A stretch of 64,000 nt of DNA, from the NCBI RefSeq assembly GCF_006345805.1, contig NW_021833076.1:1-64000 (forward strand), written 5' to 3'. How positions within the stretch are numbered: the stretch's first letter is position 1; each line of letters opens with the position of its first letter. Positions 22,000 to 34,278 of the stretch are shown here, piece by piece. Position numbers and translations under genes: made by a program. The notes below the pieces were generated by a model that did not search any database, was not told where the DNA came from, and saw only the letters and a list, made by a program, of their open reading frames with translations. The DNA is from Octopus sinensis. Its lineage: Eukaryota.

Positions 22000-24050
22000 T
22001 TATAACCCCGCATGTGCAGCAAAAGATATTAGGGAACTAATTAGATTGGTTCAAGCTCTTCTGTTTTTAGCTAGGTTCCTCAAAGAGTCCAGATCGTCAC
22101 CAGATGTTTTCTTCACGGTTTTTAGATCGTTTTGTAAAGCAATAGGAAGGTAGTTCTCGATCTTCCACAAAAGCGTCCCGCGTAGCAGGATTGGTCTGAT
22201 AAATGTGTCTTATAGCATTATTTTTTGTTTTATGTTGTTCTCTTTCCGTTTTAGCCATAGGTTTTTTAGACTGTGTAATGCCGCGTTTGCCAGGGTTTTT
22301 CTTCGTATGATATCTTTACTATCTCCTAATAGAGAATCAAGTTTCTTAGTGTTTCTCTATTTCTTTTCGAGTGGGTTATTCATTCGTCTTATTTCTGTCG
22401 ATTCCGTTTTTCCCTGTTCACGGTGAGAAACCATTTCCCAAGTATATCTGGGGTTTTTCTAGTACATTTTCCGCAGTTTTTTGTCTTCAGAGATTAGGTT
22501 GACATCATCGGCATAAATCAATTCTTCTATTTTTTCTTGGTATAATAGTTTCAGTTCTCTTATAGCGGCCTCCAAGTATATTGTGAATAGTAGCGGAGAC
22601 AGAGAGTCTCCTTGAGGAGTGCCTGTGTTTTTACAAATTTCCTTGAATAGGTTTTTCCATTTCTCATAAGGAGCTCTGTGTTAGATAGAAGGACTGGGGT
22701 TATTCTTAGACTCGATTTGTCAATAATGCCTTCCAGCACTGTCATCAGTTTGTTTCTGTTAACTGAGTCAAAAGATTTTGATAGATTTATTCCCAGAATG
22801 TGGGTGGAATTGATATATCTTTGATGTGTCGTACATCTCCATCTGTGACTCCATACTGCATCAACTGTTAATTTTCTTCTCTGAACCCGCTTCGACTTTC
22901 GATTTATAGGCTGTTAGTTTTATTTGAATTTGATAATATAATTGGTCGTAGGTTTTCAACCCGTCCTTTAGGTTTATTCGGGTTTTTATAGGTATTAGTA
23001 ATCCCATCCCCACGGGTAATGTTGAGTAAGTCGAAAACATTTCATTTAGTAGTGTAGCGATTTTTTCAAAAAAGAGTCAGAGCCATATTTGAGTAATTCT
23101 AAGTTTATCGTATCTATACCATTTTCAGTTCAATTTTGACATTTTTTCAATGCAACATTCAATTTTGACAATGCGATTTGAAAATGTTATGAGTTACTGG
23201 GTAGGCATATTAGTCGATGTTTTCCATAATTTTCATCGAGGTAATGCGTAATTTTTGTCGCTTGTATACATTCAATAGAAACTTTATATCTTTCTAGGTC
23301 TTTACAGAAATTATTTCTTGATTGTGGCTTAGATCAGTGATTCTCAATTTTTTTTGGTGTCCCAAAAAGAAAAGTCAATGTACCAAACCAAGTTATTTTT
23401 TGTACCAAAAAACAAGGACTTATTTAATTTAGAGATTTAAAATATTTTTCTAACTATTTAATGAGAACCTTGTTTTTCATGCATTTTAATTAGTTTCTGA
23501 ATATCAGGGTCCAAGCGTGTTAAAAATAATCTGACATCTCCTCGCGAGCAGATATCAAGCTTGTTACGTTCATCGCTCAATATCCTTTTTTCTTTAAAAT
23601 TCTTTTTTCGCCAAAAGGTAGACAAATCCTGGTAGTTTTTCTAAGTATATTTTTTAAGGAATCTTCGACGCTTTCAGCCATTTCGTCAATTCGGCGACGA
23701 ATCGTATCATTACTCAAAGGTAAATTCTAGGAACATAAAAATGGCCACACTACTTGTAAAATTTCAGATGGTGAACTAATGAACTAATGCACCATTCGAG
23801 TATTTTTGATGTACCAAAATTGGTGCACATGCACCACGGTTGAGAATCACTGGCTTAGATATTCCTTTTGCATTGAACGTAAGAATCTTTAGGACAAGCA
23901 TATTCTCCTGTATCTTCTGCTTTCTAGAAGATTTTCTTAATTGTTGTACGGAAAAGAAACGTGGTACGTGTCATGAGGTATCAGAGTTAACATGTCCATT
24001 ATGACTGAAACGAAAGCCCAGCCGCATTTAGGCTTGCCGCTGAGTAATTA
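22000..24050 (-). mobile_element. Internally deleted APE-type LINE (RTE-like); ends approximate
   Basis: APE start LKILTFNAKG|...DLERYKVSIECIQ, split by the MITE. RT motifs LSKSFDSVNR, GTPQGDSLSPLLFTIY and YADDV. Confidence 0.75.
23335..23852. mobile_element. Non-autonomous hAT/Buster element with intact TIRs and TSD
   Basis: TIRs CAGTGATTCTCAA and TTGAGAATCACTG. Perfect 8-bp TSD GCTTAGAT (23327-23334 and 23853-23860). Internal remnant LSNDTIRRRIDEMA on the minus strand. Confidence 0.92.
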
Positions 24051-24716
24051 CTAGACCCCTCTTCCGATGTTGGTGGAACGGACATTAGGCCAATAAAATT
24101 AAACGTTAAATGCAAGCTCATATTAAATAGACAACATTGATATTATTATTCAAAACACATTCACAGAACCAAAGAATGTAAATTAACCAAGGTCCAGTTT
24201 GTGCCACACGTTTCGAAAGCGTCTCCATTGTATCTGTTCGTAGTTCTTTTAGACCGTTTGCGCATTTAAGTTTTCTTCCAATTTCATTAAGATCCTTGTA
24301 TAGAACAACAGAGGCTGGCCGGGTGTCTCGTGTGGCCTTTAATTAGCTTAGCTATCTTTTTACTTTTAGATATCGTTATTATCTTTTAAAAAAAAGAACA
24401 ACAGAAAGAGTCATTTTAGGTCTTCCTCTGAACGATGTTTTTTTTCATTAGTAAAGTAATTGTCCATTGTTATAAGTGTTAATATCCATTCTAAGCTCTC
24501 AGAACTAGATGCGGAGAATCAAACCCGATGGAAATTGAAGATGACATTGTGTCAGAAATGATCTGGAAATTGAAAACATGCATAACCTATATTTAATCAA
24601 TAAATTTAGTCATAATTTGGCATATTTTTATATTAGCAATCGACTGTCTAAAAGTATAAGAGCAAAAATGAAGACGTTGAATTAGAATAACTAATTAATT
24701 AACATAATGAGTTAAA

Positions 24717-25745
24717 TTATTCAGCATCCCTCTCAAATGGAATACACTCAACACAACTCAGAATATCACGCCCAATCGACTCCCTGCAAGCACAGAGCAC
24801 TGACCGAGACAAAATGTCAACATTCCCCCCTGCAACTACAAACGGAGACAAAACCATTATAAGGATTCATCACACACGCCCCCGCCTCCTGAGCTATAAC
24901 CACCCCTGCCGCATAGTCCCAAACGTGTATTCCAAACTCCAAGTAAGCATCTGCCCGACCATCGGCGACATAGCACATATTTAAGGCAGCACTTCCGTTC
25001 ATTCGAATTCTGTCAAAATCAGTCAAGGAAGCACCCAGCGACTTTGCAAATGAGATTCCGGTTGTTGGAAATCTTTTGAAGAGATACACTCTCCGACCGC
25101 CACCCTCCGTACTCTGCAAGTACCAATGCTCGACTCAGTTCTACTTTTTGACCTCATTTGTTACCAGAAACTGATGAGACTCGCATTTGTTGGCCATTTT
25201 TGAAGGCTCCCCGACCTGTGATGGCAGAAAACATTTCTTTGGTGGACGGATTGAAGACGACCCCTACGACAGGCTGATCCGTTAGTCCAGAACTCACCTT
25301 CTTCTGGAATGTCACTGCAATCGAGACACAAAAATTGGGAAAATTGTGAACAAAGTTGGAGGTTCCGTCAATCGGGTCGACAATCCACGTGAATTCGTCT
25401 CCGAGTCCCCCACATTGGGCGATGGTCTCTTCGCCAATAAATCTAAAATAGGAACTGAGAGGGACCTGTGGTCTTTGAACTTTTGGTTTTGGTAGATGAG
25501 GGTTTTTATTTTGTTTTCTATTGCCCTGTCGGTCTCGGTGACCAAATCGCAGTAGGAGGATTTGAATTCGACTTTTAGTCCTGTTTGTATTGCCTCGAGC
25601 ATCATCTATGGACTATTTTATGAATATACATTTCCGGCCATTGTGGCATATTCCTTGGCTGCCCTTTCGATTTCTTCCAAGTCAGTCTTGGGGAGATTAG
25701 AAAATAAGTATAAATAGTTGTGTATTATCTTAACAACCTCACCAT
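24717..25745 (-). CDS. IMPA1: Inositol monophosphatase
   Basis: [47 protein letters not shown] and WDYAAG. The first exon contributes only the ATG. Confidence 0.93.
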
Positions 25746-25965
25746 TAGAATTATAGTTTAAAATGAATTAACTAAATTAACAAAACTAGTTGCCTAATTA
25801 AGTTTTCAAACACACAAAATTCAGCTTTTTTTACAAACTTTTTAAAGATTCGACATTGGCTACCACACCTCAAAATTGGGTCGACATTCCTTTAAAAACA
25901 TGAATATTTGTAATGTGAATAAACATTAAAAAACAAAGCCAGTTAATTCAGACAGTAATGAAATA

Positions 25966-27062
25966 TCAACAATTCGATTCAAATAAAAGTGGAATGTATG
26001 ACCCAGTCATCCTCCGCCCGGTGACTGGATCTGTCCTCGACAAAAAGGGGAAAGACGGGTCAGCAAAGAAGACAGAATACCCATTATCCACCAAACACTC
26101 CTCTTCACTCGCCACCCCCAATCGACCGTCCTCGACAACACTGCCCAGTCTATGAGGGGTCACACCCCCCGACAGCATATCCCCCACCATCCCCCTCATC
26201 ACCTCACAACTCAGCCCTGATAGTTCTCATATCACTCAAACGTGGAATCAGCTCAGTCTCAACATTATATTCCGATATATCAAACACTTCCTGACAAAGC
26301 AGGGACTGGAGGATGACAGTCCCCACTCTGCGAAGTGATTCCCCCCACTGAGGAGTGCTCTCCTGGGGGTGGACGACCTGATAACTGACCTCCCCAAAGT
26401 CCCCCAGTTTGAAGAAGGCGTCGAACCCGAAGAACACATTGTCGGAGGATATGTCCCCATGAATTATGCCCAGTGAAGTGAGATACACCACAGCCTACAC
26501 TGCCAGGCCAGATTACCCTGGAAATGTCCACAAACAAGTCATGGCTGAGCATATCCCCCCGAAAATAGACCGACTGGATGGTGTACATGCGAGTGAGGCT
26601 GCCAGTCCTTCACTTGGCTAACCTGAGTTGACAGAGCTCTATTTGCATGTACAGTTGGCCTAATTGCACAAAGGCAGAGAAGAGGGACACACAGTTGTGT
26701 GGGAAATGGTCGACATGGCTCGCACTTCTTCCAATCGGTGTTTTCTATGGTTAGAAGTGGGGTACTTTTCCTGGAGGGAGGAGAATGGCTGTGTGTACAT
26801 TTTGATGGCGTACTTCTTTCCCTCACGTTTGGACTCGGCTGACCATATCTGCGGGTTATTGGGTGATCATACCAGGGTGTATGACCCAAACCCGATTCTC
26901 CGAATATTTTTAAACTCCTGTTCGAGGTATGGGGTTGTGCAGTCGGCAGTCACGTTTATTTCCCCTTAAGGTAACATTTAAGTGACCTACCGAATACTGG
27001 TATAGTTTATTTTCAGTAGAATAATCAATTTCCCCATAAATAGTATCACTTAGGGCACGCAT
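25966..27062 (-). CDS. PKMYT1: Myt1/Wee1-family protein kinase, divergent; ends approximate; one apparent 1-nt frameshift
   Basis: YLEQEF...IGFGSY, KYAIK, RLEEVR, HNCV, LYMQIELCQ, IIHGDISSDNVF and FKLGDFG. Confidence 0.7.
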
Positions 27063-27198
27063 ATGCAAAGTACACAACCACACTAGAACTTGTCAAAATA
27101 TCCCGCCTTTAAATTTATTAATTAATTTGAGATAAAATTCAAAAGTCCTTGTAAAATATATAAAGACTACAGAAATATAAAATCGAACTAAAAAAGAG

Positions 27199-28557
27199 TC
27201 AGTTTTCAATTGCCACAGCGTTGAGGGGATTCACCGAGTTCTCAAATAAAAGATCAAAGCCAACCAATATTCGGATGACGTCATCACCATCGACAATCCT
27301 GGGAAGTGTGTACTCCCCTTCTGAATAGCACAAGGACAGTCCAGCCAGCCCATACATCGTGTGGTACAAATCAGCCACCCTACAGTCCCCAGAATGACTA
27401 ACGTGCCAGGCTTGTCCCTCAGTCCGTCCCCCGTCTGTCCACAACACACCAAATACTGCGACAGTCCAGCTGGAATAATCAGACTGCCTACCACAACTGA
27501 ACAGTCCTCCACCCCCCAACGCCCGACGAGTGAGGACATGAGCTGCCCCAACCCAGAAGGAGTAGCAGGTGTCCACCAACTTATTGGGTCGTCCATTGAA
27601 GCCCCCCTCGAAGCACATTTGTCTCCGACTCAGCCACCGCTGAATGTCACCACTCCACTCACCAACAGACCAGACAAATCACATTTCCCTTCTTCCCCAA
27701 TAATTGTCAGACCCGCAATGGCACAGAAGGAGTATGAGCCGTGTGCCTCTGCTTGAGGGACAGCCCCGAACCCCCCTTCGTATGTCTGGCACTGGAGGAT
27801 GTAATCGGCCACTCCCTCGGTCAGTTGGGGGTCGAGGATGTCCAGGCATTGGGCAATGGAGAGGACACAGTAGGAGGCTCTGCATTCGAGGGAATGGACT
27901 ACCGAATGTCCACTTCCCCGTCCTGTTGGAGGCAGAACGAGCCGTCGGGGAGTTTCAGGCTTAGAAGAAAGTTTTTCATTTTTTGTTTGTCGACGTGATG
28001 GAGGGCGTGTAGGAGGGAGAGGGTGTTTATGGCTGCATAGGAGGAGGCCACATGTCCGAGTTGTCCCTTTCCGCCTTGAAATACATTATAATGATAAAAT
28101 ACCTCCGAAACCTCCGCTTTGTGGGTCATATGAGTCATCGATTATAAACTTGATGGCTCTAACATTGTCATGTCAATTTAAACTGATTTCTCACTTTCGG
28201 AGGCAAGGACACCCCCAAAATAGCCAGAGAATTCAAAATCCAAAAGCAAAGCCACGATTGACTGCAACTAAGTTTCTAATTCTCAAATAATAAGCACATA
28301 CTTCGAGGCAGGAAGGCAGATGTTTAATAGATTTGAGCAAATTATTCGAAATGGATTTATATTTGAGAACATATGCATTTTTGTCCAAACTAAACTTGCA
28401 ATAATGAGTGTACTTTTCATTAAGGTACTCATGGAATGCTCTCGAACACAACTTCTCTGTTGATTCCTGTCATTCATTAAGGGGAATTAACTTGGTGAAT
28501 ATGTGTGGGGGTCGTCCCCCCTTTTGTTCGGTTTTTAAACTGACAAATTCGATACAT
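27199..28557 (-). CDS. FNTB: Protein farnesyltransferase subunit beta
   Basis: SQSWLCFWILNSL, GGKGQLGHVASSYAAIN, DGEVDIR, CQTYEGG...EAHGSYSFC, FEGGFNGRPNKLVDTCYSFW and GLRDKPG...DLYHT. Confidence 0.88.
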
Positions 28558-28679
28558 TCGTCGCACCTCACTCAACACAATTTATTAAGGCTAACTATTT
28601 AATTAACTTTATTAAATAGTCCTACTAAAATTGATGAACTGCACCAATGAAGAGAATTTGATATCTACGTCAGGAATTC

Positions 28680-28975
28680 TTAAGCTGACGCCTAACTCTG
28701 TGCTCGATAAACCTCCTCCTGACGTTCACCCTTCTAAATTGCTTCTCGATCGTTCAGCTCAGACAAACTTGGCTCGTTTCCATCCTCATTAAACCACTAT
28801 GCACATAAAATGGACATTTCGATTTCCCCCTTTTGTCCCATTTGCTGTGCTGACGAAGACACAACTGCCCATCTATTCCGCTCTATTCCGATCTTAATTT
28901 GTCATTCACTCCCTGGAGGTCCTATGGGAGCAAACTTGGAGGACGCTGTTGTTTCTGCTGGTCTCATTATCTAAT
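28680..28975 (+). mobile_element. 3' fragment of an I-group (Ingi/Nimb-like) LINE
   Basis: PNSVLDKPPPDV...LARF and CPICCADEDTTAHLF (CCHC-type knuckle), frameshifted. Confidence 0.5.
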
Positions 28976-29024
28976 GCTAGGTGAAATGACACAAAACAAC
29001 ACAAATTAAATAACAGAAAAAAAA

Positions 29025-31838
29025 TCATGCAGAAGGATATGCAGACAGTAATTCGTTATAAAATTCTGTCATTTTGTCCAAATATATGGATAGAGTGTCC
29101 ATAATATCCACTACAGGCTGGGCTTCCGTGCTGGGAAGGACTACGGGAATACTCTCTATAATTTTGATTAAATCTTTAGTCGTCGTGACGACCATATTCT
29201 TCAATATGTCGAGAAAGTCAGTATTAATTGGCACAATCGAGTTGGCCACTGCCCTTATCTTGTGTCGCATATTGTCCATCTGATTACTTACACTCTTAAC
29301 CACTCCTTTGCACTTTTCCACGTACTCCTCCGCAGATGGACACGACTCCTAAACATGACCCTCTCCATTCACCATCGGAGACACTTCCATGAATGACTGA
29401 CCACTTGACACAGCCACCACACACTCCGACGATTTGCGGGCTAACCTACACATCACCCGACCAGTCAAACATGTTCAAATCAACCACCTCGGTCAATGCG
29501 GGCAACTATGAATGTAACCACCTCGGAATACCTCGTCCATCAAATCCAATGGAAATGACTCCATTTTATTTAGGAGGGCCTTACAGTCACGAATGATTGC
29601 TTACACTTTTGAAATCAATCACCTCCTTGTTGTATTTCAGCAATGCTCGCAAACGAATTGTCTGACTGACACTCATCTGACTGGCCAGTTCGTTAATACT
29701 CCGAATTCTCTCATCGAACGGGAAGGGTTGGGAGTGGTACTCGGGCAATGGGGAGACCACCTCCATCCCCGGCACTTCCAACCCTCCGAACAAGTCCCTT
29801 TTCAACACCTGTTCGATCTCTCCCTTACAGATATATAATTCGACACAACCAGGTGAGATATGAGCTCATTCGTGAATTTTGTGTCATCATCCCCCATTCT
29901 TCCACGGAATTGTTCCAAGTCCATCTCCAACAGGCGAAGACCCTCCAAGTCTGATCGGACACACTCTCTCAGTCCATTCTCGAGTGGGTCAACAGGAGGG
30001 ACACGTGATAACTCGTGTTTGGGAGCACATTCAATGAGATCCAACACCGTTTGTTTGGCATCATCCATAAATTGTTTTAAATGGACAATTCCCAACTGTC
30101 TCTTCTCCTCGTGGGCAATCAACTCACATTTGGTGGAGTGGAGACCCACAGCCCGCTCATGAGAACGAATAATTTTGCGAGACAACTGTCATTATTAAGC
30201 CAATAACCCACCTTGTTGACTGTACGCCTCGATTTGTAACTGGCACGTTCGTATGTATTGAACTGGGAGTCCAATTCGCCCACCCGTGCTGTCGAGGCTG
30301 CCAGTTTGTCCCCCAAAGTGTTGGAAATGGACTCCAATTGGGCCACAGTCTTCTTGGCAATGTCCAACTCGGCCTCCTTCTCCCTGAGAACACACGTCCT
30401 CGCATTGAATTGGTCATCAATCTCAAGTAGTGAGTACGTAACCAACCATTTGAATACTCTCGACAGCCAACTGATAACATTCCTCCAAATAGGCGACAGT
30501 CTTAGCCTGGTGGGACAGTTCGAGGGTGAATTCCCTGGGAGTTAATGACAGGAGTACTCAAAGTCGTCCTCCTTCATCAACACCCCCTTCCCCGTCGTGG
30601 CACATGTCAGTTGCTCCTTCAGTCGGTCGATCTCCCGTTCGAACATCTCCAATACACCACTCATCCAAACCTCCAGCAAACTGCCTCGTTGGAAGTCCTC
30701 GTTCACTTGTGGCTTGTTTTCGATTGTTTCTGCCAGACTGGCATACTCCAGTGTGCTCAGAGTCTCCTCGAATGACGAGGTGGATGGGGATATCGTGGCT
30801 ATTATCGTCGTCCGAGTACGCCCGCCCAACGAATCTTCAAGAATCCTCGTCAGTTTGCTCTCTCGGTAGGGAATGTGCTTGGCCTTTTCAGTCAGAGCTG
30901 TGATCACTCGTCCCAATGTCAGCAAACTCTGATTTATCTTCCCTACCGAATCACTCAACCCAAATAACCTGCTTCCCGTGCACGTTGGTTAACCGACCCC
31001 GATCTCCCCACATTCTCACTCCCCGCCAAATCCACCAAATTAAACTTGCTTGTTTTGACCACCCTTTCTCCATTATGTGAGTGGAAGGAGTGGAGGGTCA
31101 CCACGAACACAGCATGTGACCGACTACACTCACATCCACGCCTACCTCGACTTTTGATTGCACTCCGTCGCCCCCACTTGACGGTTCCTGACCCCCAATT
31201 GGAGTTGTCTGTACATTTGGTCTCGTCCTTCCACTCTGACCTGCGTCACTCCCTTGATGACCACCGAATTGGCCTACTGATGGGCATTACTCACAACTTT
31301 GGAGGTTATGTCCCGAAAGAGACTCAATTTGGAGACACACTGGGAGAACAGGTCGAAAATCTCCTCGTTGTATATCTCGATGTAGGACATCTCGATGTAG
31401 CCGTCTTTGTCCTGCAGTGAGACACCAACCATGCCTTTGTGAGGTCAAACAAGTCTGAGAGGACTCGGGGGATTATTCCCGCGTCTTTGCAAAGTCCGGA
31501 CTCGGAGGATTCCAGATTGCCCTCCATTGTGTGGGTCTTTCCGGAGGCAGTCTGTCCGTAGGCAAACACAGTGCAGTTGTACCCCGTGTGGACATCTTGG
31601 ACCATTGGGGAGACAATGTTGTTGTAGACGTCCTCTTGGGTGGTTAGATGGTCAAATATCTCTGAGAACTGGTATGTCTTCCGTCTGTCAAAAGAGGGGT
31701 CGAGTATATATAGTTCGTTACTATTCTCGATTCTTAACATTTTTGATTTGTTTTCTTTCTTGTTTAGTGGTCTATTTTCTGTAAAAATAACTTTTACCTT
31801 ATTCGTACGAAGGATTTGATACGCTCACAAGACTCCAT
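29025..31838 (-). CDS. KIF11: Kinesin-5 (BimC/Eg5)
   Basis: N-terminal motor with [26 protein letters not shown] and [15 protein letters not shown]...[31 protein letters not shown], followed by coiled coil. Confidence 0.92.
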
Positions 31839-32118
31839 TTAAAAATTAATTTATTTTGCGCCAGTTTTATAATTAAACAATTTTTTGACAATATTAGTTT
31901 TTATTTTAATATTATTTGTTTTTAATCTTCAAAATTTAATTAAAAGCAATCTGATGTTAAATCTCTCCAAAACGAGTATATGTACTGACATTTTCCTTAG
32001 TACTTTTAAAAATATAAAATACATATAATCTAAACTAGATATGATTTATGCTCAATAAATTTAATATTTATTTTAATAAATTATTATGCAATTAATCATC
32101 ACTCTTACGTTGTGGTAA

Positions 32119-32494
32119 ATGCCAAGCGGAAAATCGAAAATATCCATAAAATACATAGAGATAAAGTCCGCCGACGCCAGTCACTGACAAAAAGAAAACA
32201 AGGACTAATGAAAAAAGTGTTTTTAATTTGTGGGGAATGTAGGCTTATGAACTGAATGTCCTCACTCGGAGTGAAGTAGCCATCGTGATAGTTTCCCCCA
32301 ACCATAAGGTCTACGTGTTTGCCACAGAAATGCTGGATTCCTTCGTGAGTCCGGATAATGGGCCCAATCCATTAATGGACTATTGCTCACAAAATATAAT
32401 CTGGACTACTCCAGCATTATGCGTGAGGACACATCCAAATACTCTGAGGACGACCCGGAAATACTTTGAATCATATATTAATACATCTTTTTAA
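32119..32494 (+). CDS. SRF: SRF-type MADS-box transcription factor, one apparent 1-nt frameshift; 3' end approximate
   Basis: MPSGKSKISIKYIE / DKVRRRQSLTKRKQGLMKK|AYELNVLTRSEVAIVIVSPNHKVYVFAT. Intron at 32217-32242. VYVFAT resembles SRF VYTFAT rather than MEF2. Confidence 0.8.
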
Positions 32495-32625
32495 TGTCGG
32501 ATTTATGTGGTTTATTATCATATTTACACGCCTTTCATGTCTCCCTCCTTAGTTTATAATTGTGTGTAGATACACTGCATGAATGTATTGGATTATCTTA
32601 ATAATAAAATGGTATGGTGTGGTCT

Positions 32626-32682
32626 TGTCGTCGTCTGTCTGTGTGCTGTCTGTGTGTCTGTCTGTCTGTTCTGTGTGTGCAC
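32626..32682. repeat. Imperfect (CTGT)/(GT) microsatellite
   Basis: GTCGTCGTCTGTCTGTGTGCTGTCTGTGTGTCTGTCTGTCTGTTCTGTGTGTGC read directly from the sequence. Confidence 0.85.
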
Positions 32683-32702
32683 AAACAACTTCAAATTGGC
32701 AA

Positions 32703-34070
32703 TACGATGTCCTCGACTTACATGATGAGGTCCTTAAAACCTTCCCCCCAAAAAAAATTAAAAAAAATTTTTCTGCGTTTTGGTCAAAATGAACAACTAC
32801 GATGTCCTCGACTTACATGATGAGGTCCTTAAAACCTTCCCCCCCAAAAAAAAAATTAAAAAAAAAATTTTTGCATTTTGGTTAAAATGGACAACTACGA
32901 TGTCCTCGACTACATGATGAGGTCCTTAAAACCTTCCCCCCCAAAAAAATTAAAAAAAAAATTTTCTGCATTTTGGTTAAAATGAATAACTACGATGTCC
33001 TCGACTTACATGATGAGTCCTTAAAACCTTCCCCCCCAAAAAAATTAAAAAAAAATTTTCTGCATTTTGGTTAAAATGAACCAACTACGATGTCCTCGAC
33101 TTACATGATGAGGTCCTTAAAACCTTCCCCCCCAAAAAATTAAAAAAAAATTTTTCGGCATTTTGGTTAAAATGAATAACTACGATGTCCTCGACTTACA
33201 TGATGAGGTCCTTAAAACCTTCCCCCCCAAAAAAATTAAAAAAAAAATTTTCTGCATTTTGGTTAAAATGAACAACTACGATGTCCTCGACTTACATGAT
33301 GAGGTCCTTAAAACCTTCCCCCCCAAAAAAATTAAAAAAAAATTTTCTGCATTTTGGTTAAAATGAACAACTACGATGTCCTCGACTTACATGATGAGGT
33401 CCTTAAAACCTCCGCCAAAAATCAAAAAATTATTTTCTGCATTTTGATTAAAATGAACAAGCGAATGTCCTCGACATTCATGATGAAGTCCTTAAAACCT
33501 TCCCCCCAAAAAAAATTAAAAAAAAATTTTCTGCATTTTGGTTAAAATGAACAACTACAATGTCCTCGACTACATGATGAAGTCCTTAAAACCTTCCCCC
33601 CAAAAAAATAAAAAAAAATTTTCTGCATTTTGGTTAAAATAAACAACTACAATGTCCTCGACTTACATGATGAAGTCCTTAAAACCTTCCCCCAAAAAAA
33701 AATTAAAAAAAAATTTTCTGCATTTTGGTTAAAATGAACAACTACGATGTCCTCGACTTACATGATGAAGTCCTTAAAACCTTCCCCCCAAAAAAAAAAT
33801 TAAAAAAAAATTTTCTGCATTTTGGTTAAAATGAACAACTACGATGTCCTCGACTTACATGATGAGGTCCTTAAAACCTTCCCCCAAAAAAATTAAAAAA
33901 AAATTTTCTGCATTTTGGTTAAAATGAACAACTACAATGTCATCGACTTACATGATGAAGCCTTAAAACCTTCCCCCCAAAAAAAATTTAAAAAAAATTT
34001 CTGCATTTTGGTTAAAATGAACAACTACGATGTTCCTCGACTTACATGATGAGGTCCATAAAACCTTCGA
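32703..34070. repeat. Tandem array, about 15 units of ~95 bp
   Basis: Unit AACAACTACGATGTCCTCGACTTACATGATGA(G/A)GTCCTTAAAACCTT(C)n(A)nTT(A)nTTTTCTGCATTTTGGTTAAAATG. Successive starts at 32795, 32893, 32988, 33083, 33178, 33274 and 33369. Confidence 0.97.
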
Positions 34071-34278
34071 GGCAAAAATCTCACGTATTAAGAATATCCT
34101 TGATGAAAACGACAGCGAGAATATTAACAATGATGAACTCCCAATTATTCGTAATAAAGAAATTCAATTCATCCTATGATTTTCTCTTTAAAATTAAATG
34201 CATATATCATTATCGACCATGAATCAATTTTAAAGCTATTATCATATTTGACTTTGACAGAATGTGCAATCACAGATT

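Noticed and set aside
32703-34070. CRISPR array
   Set aside because: Units repeat in full with no unique spacers, there are no cas genes, and the context is eukaryotic.
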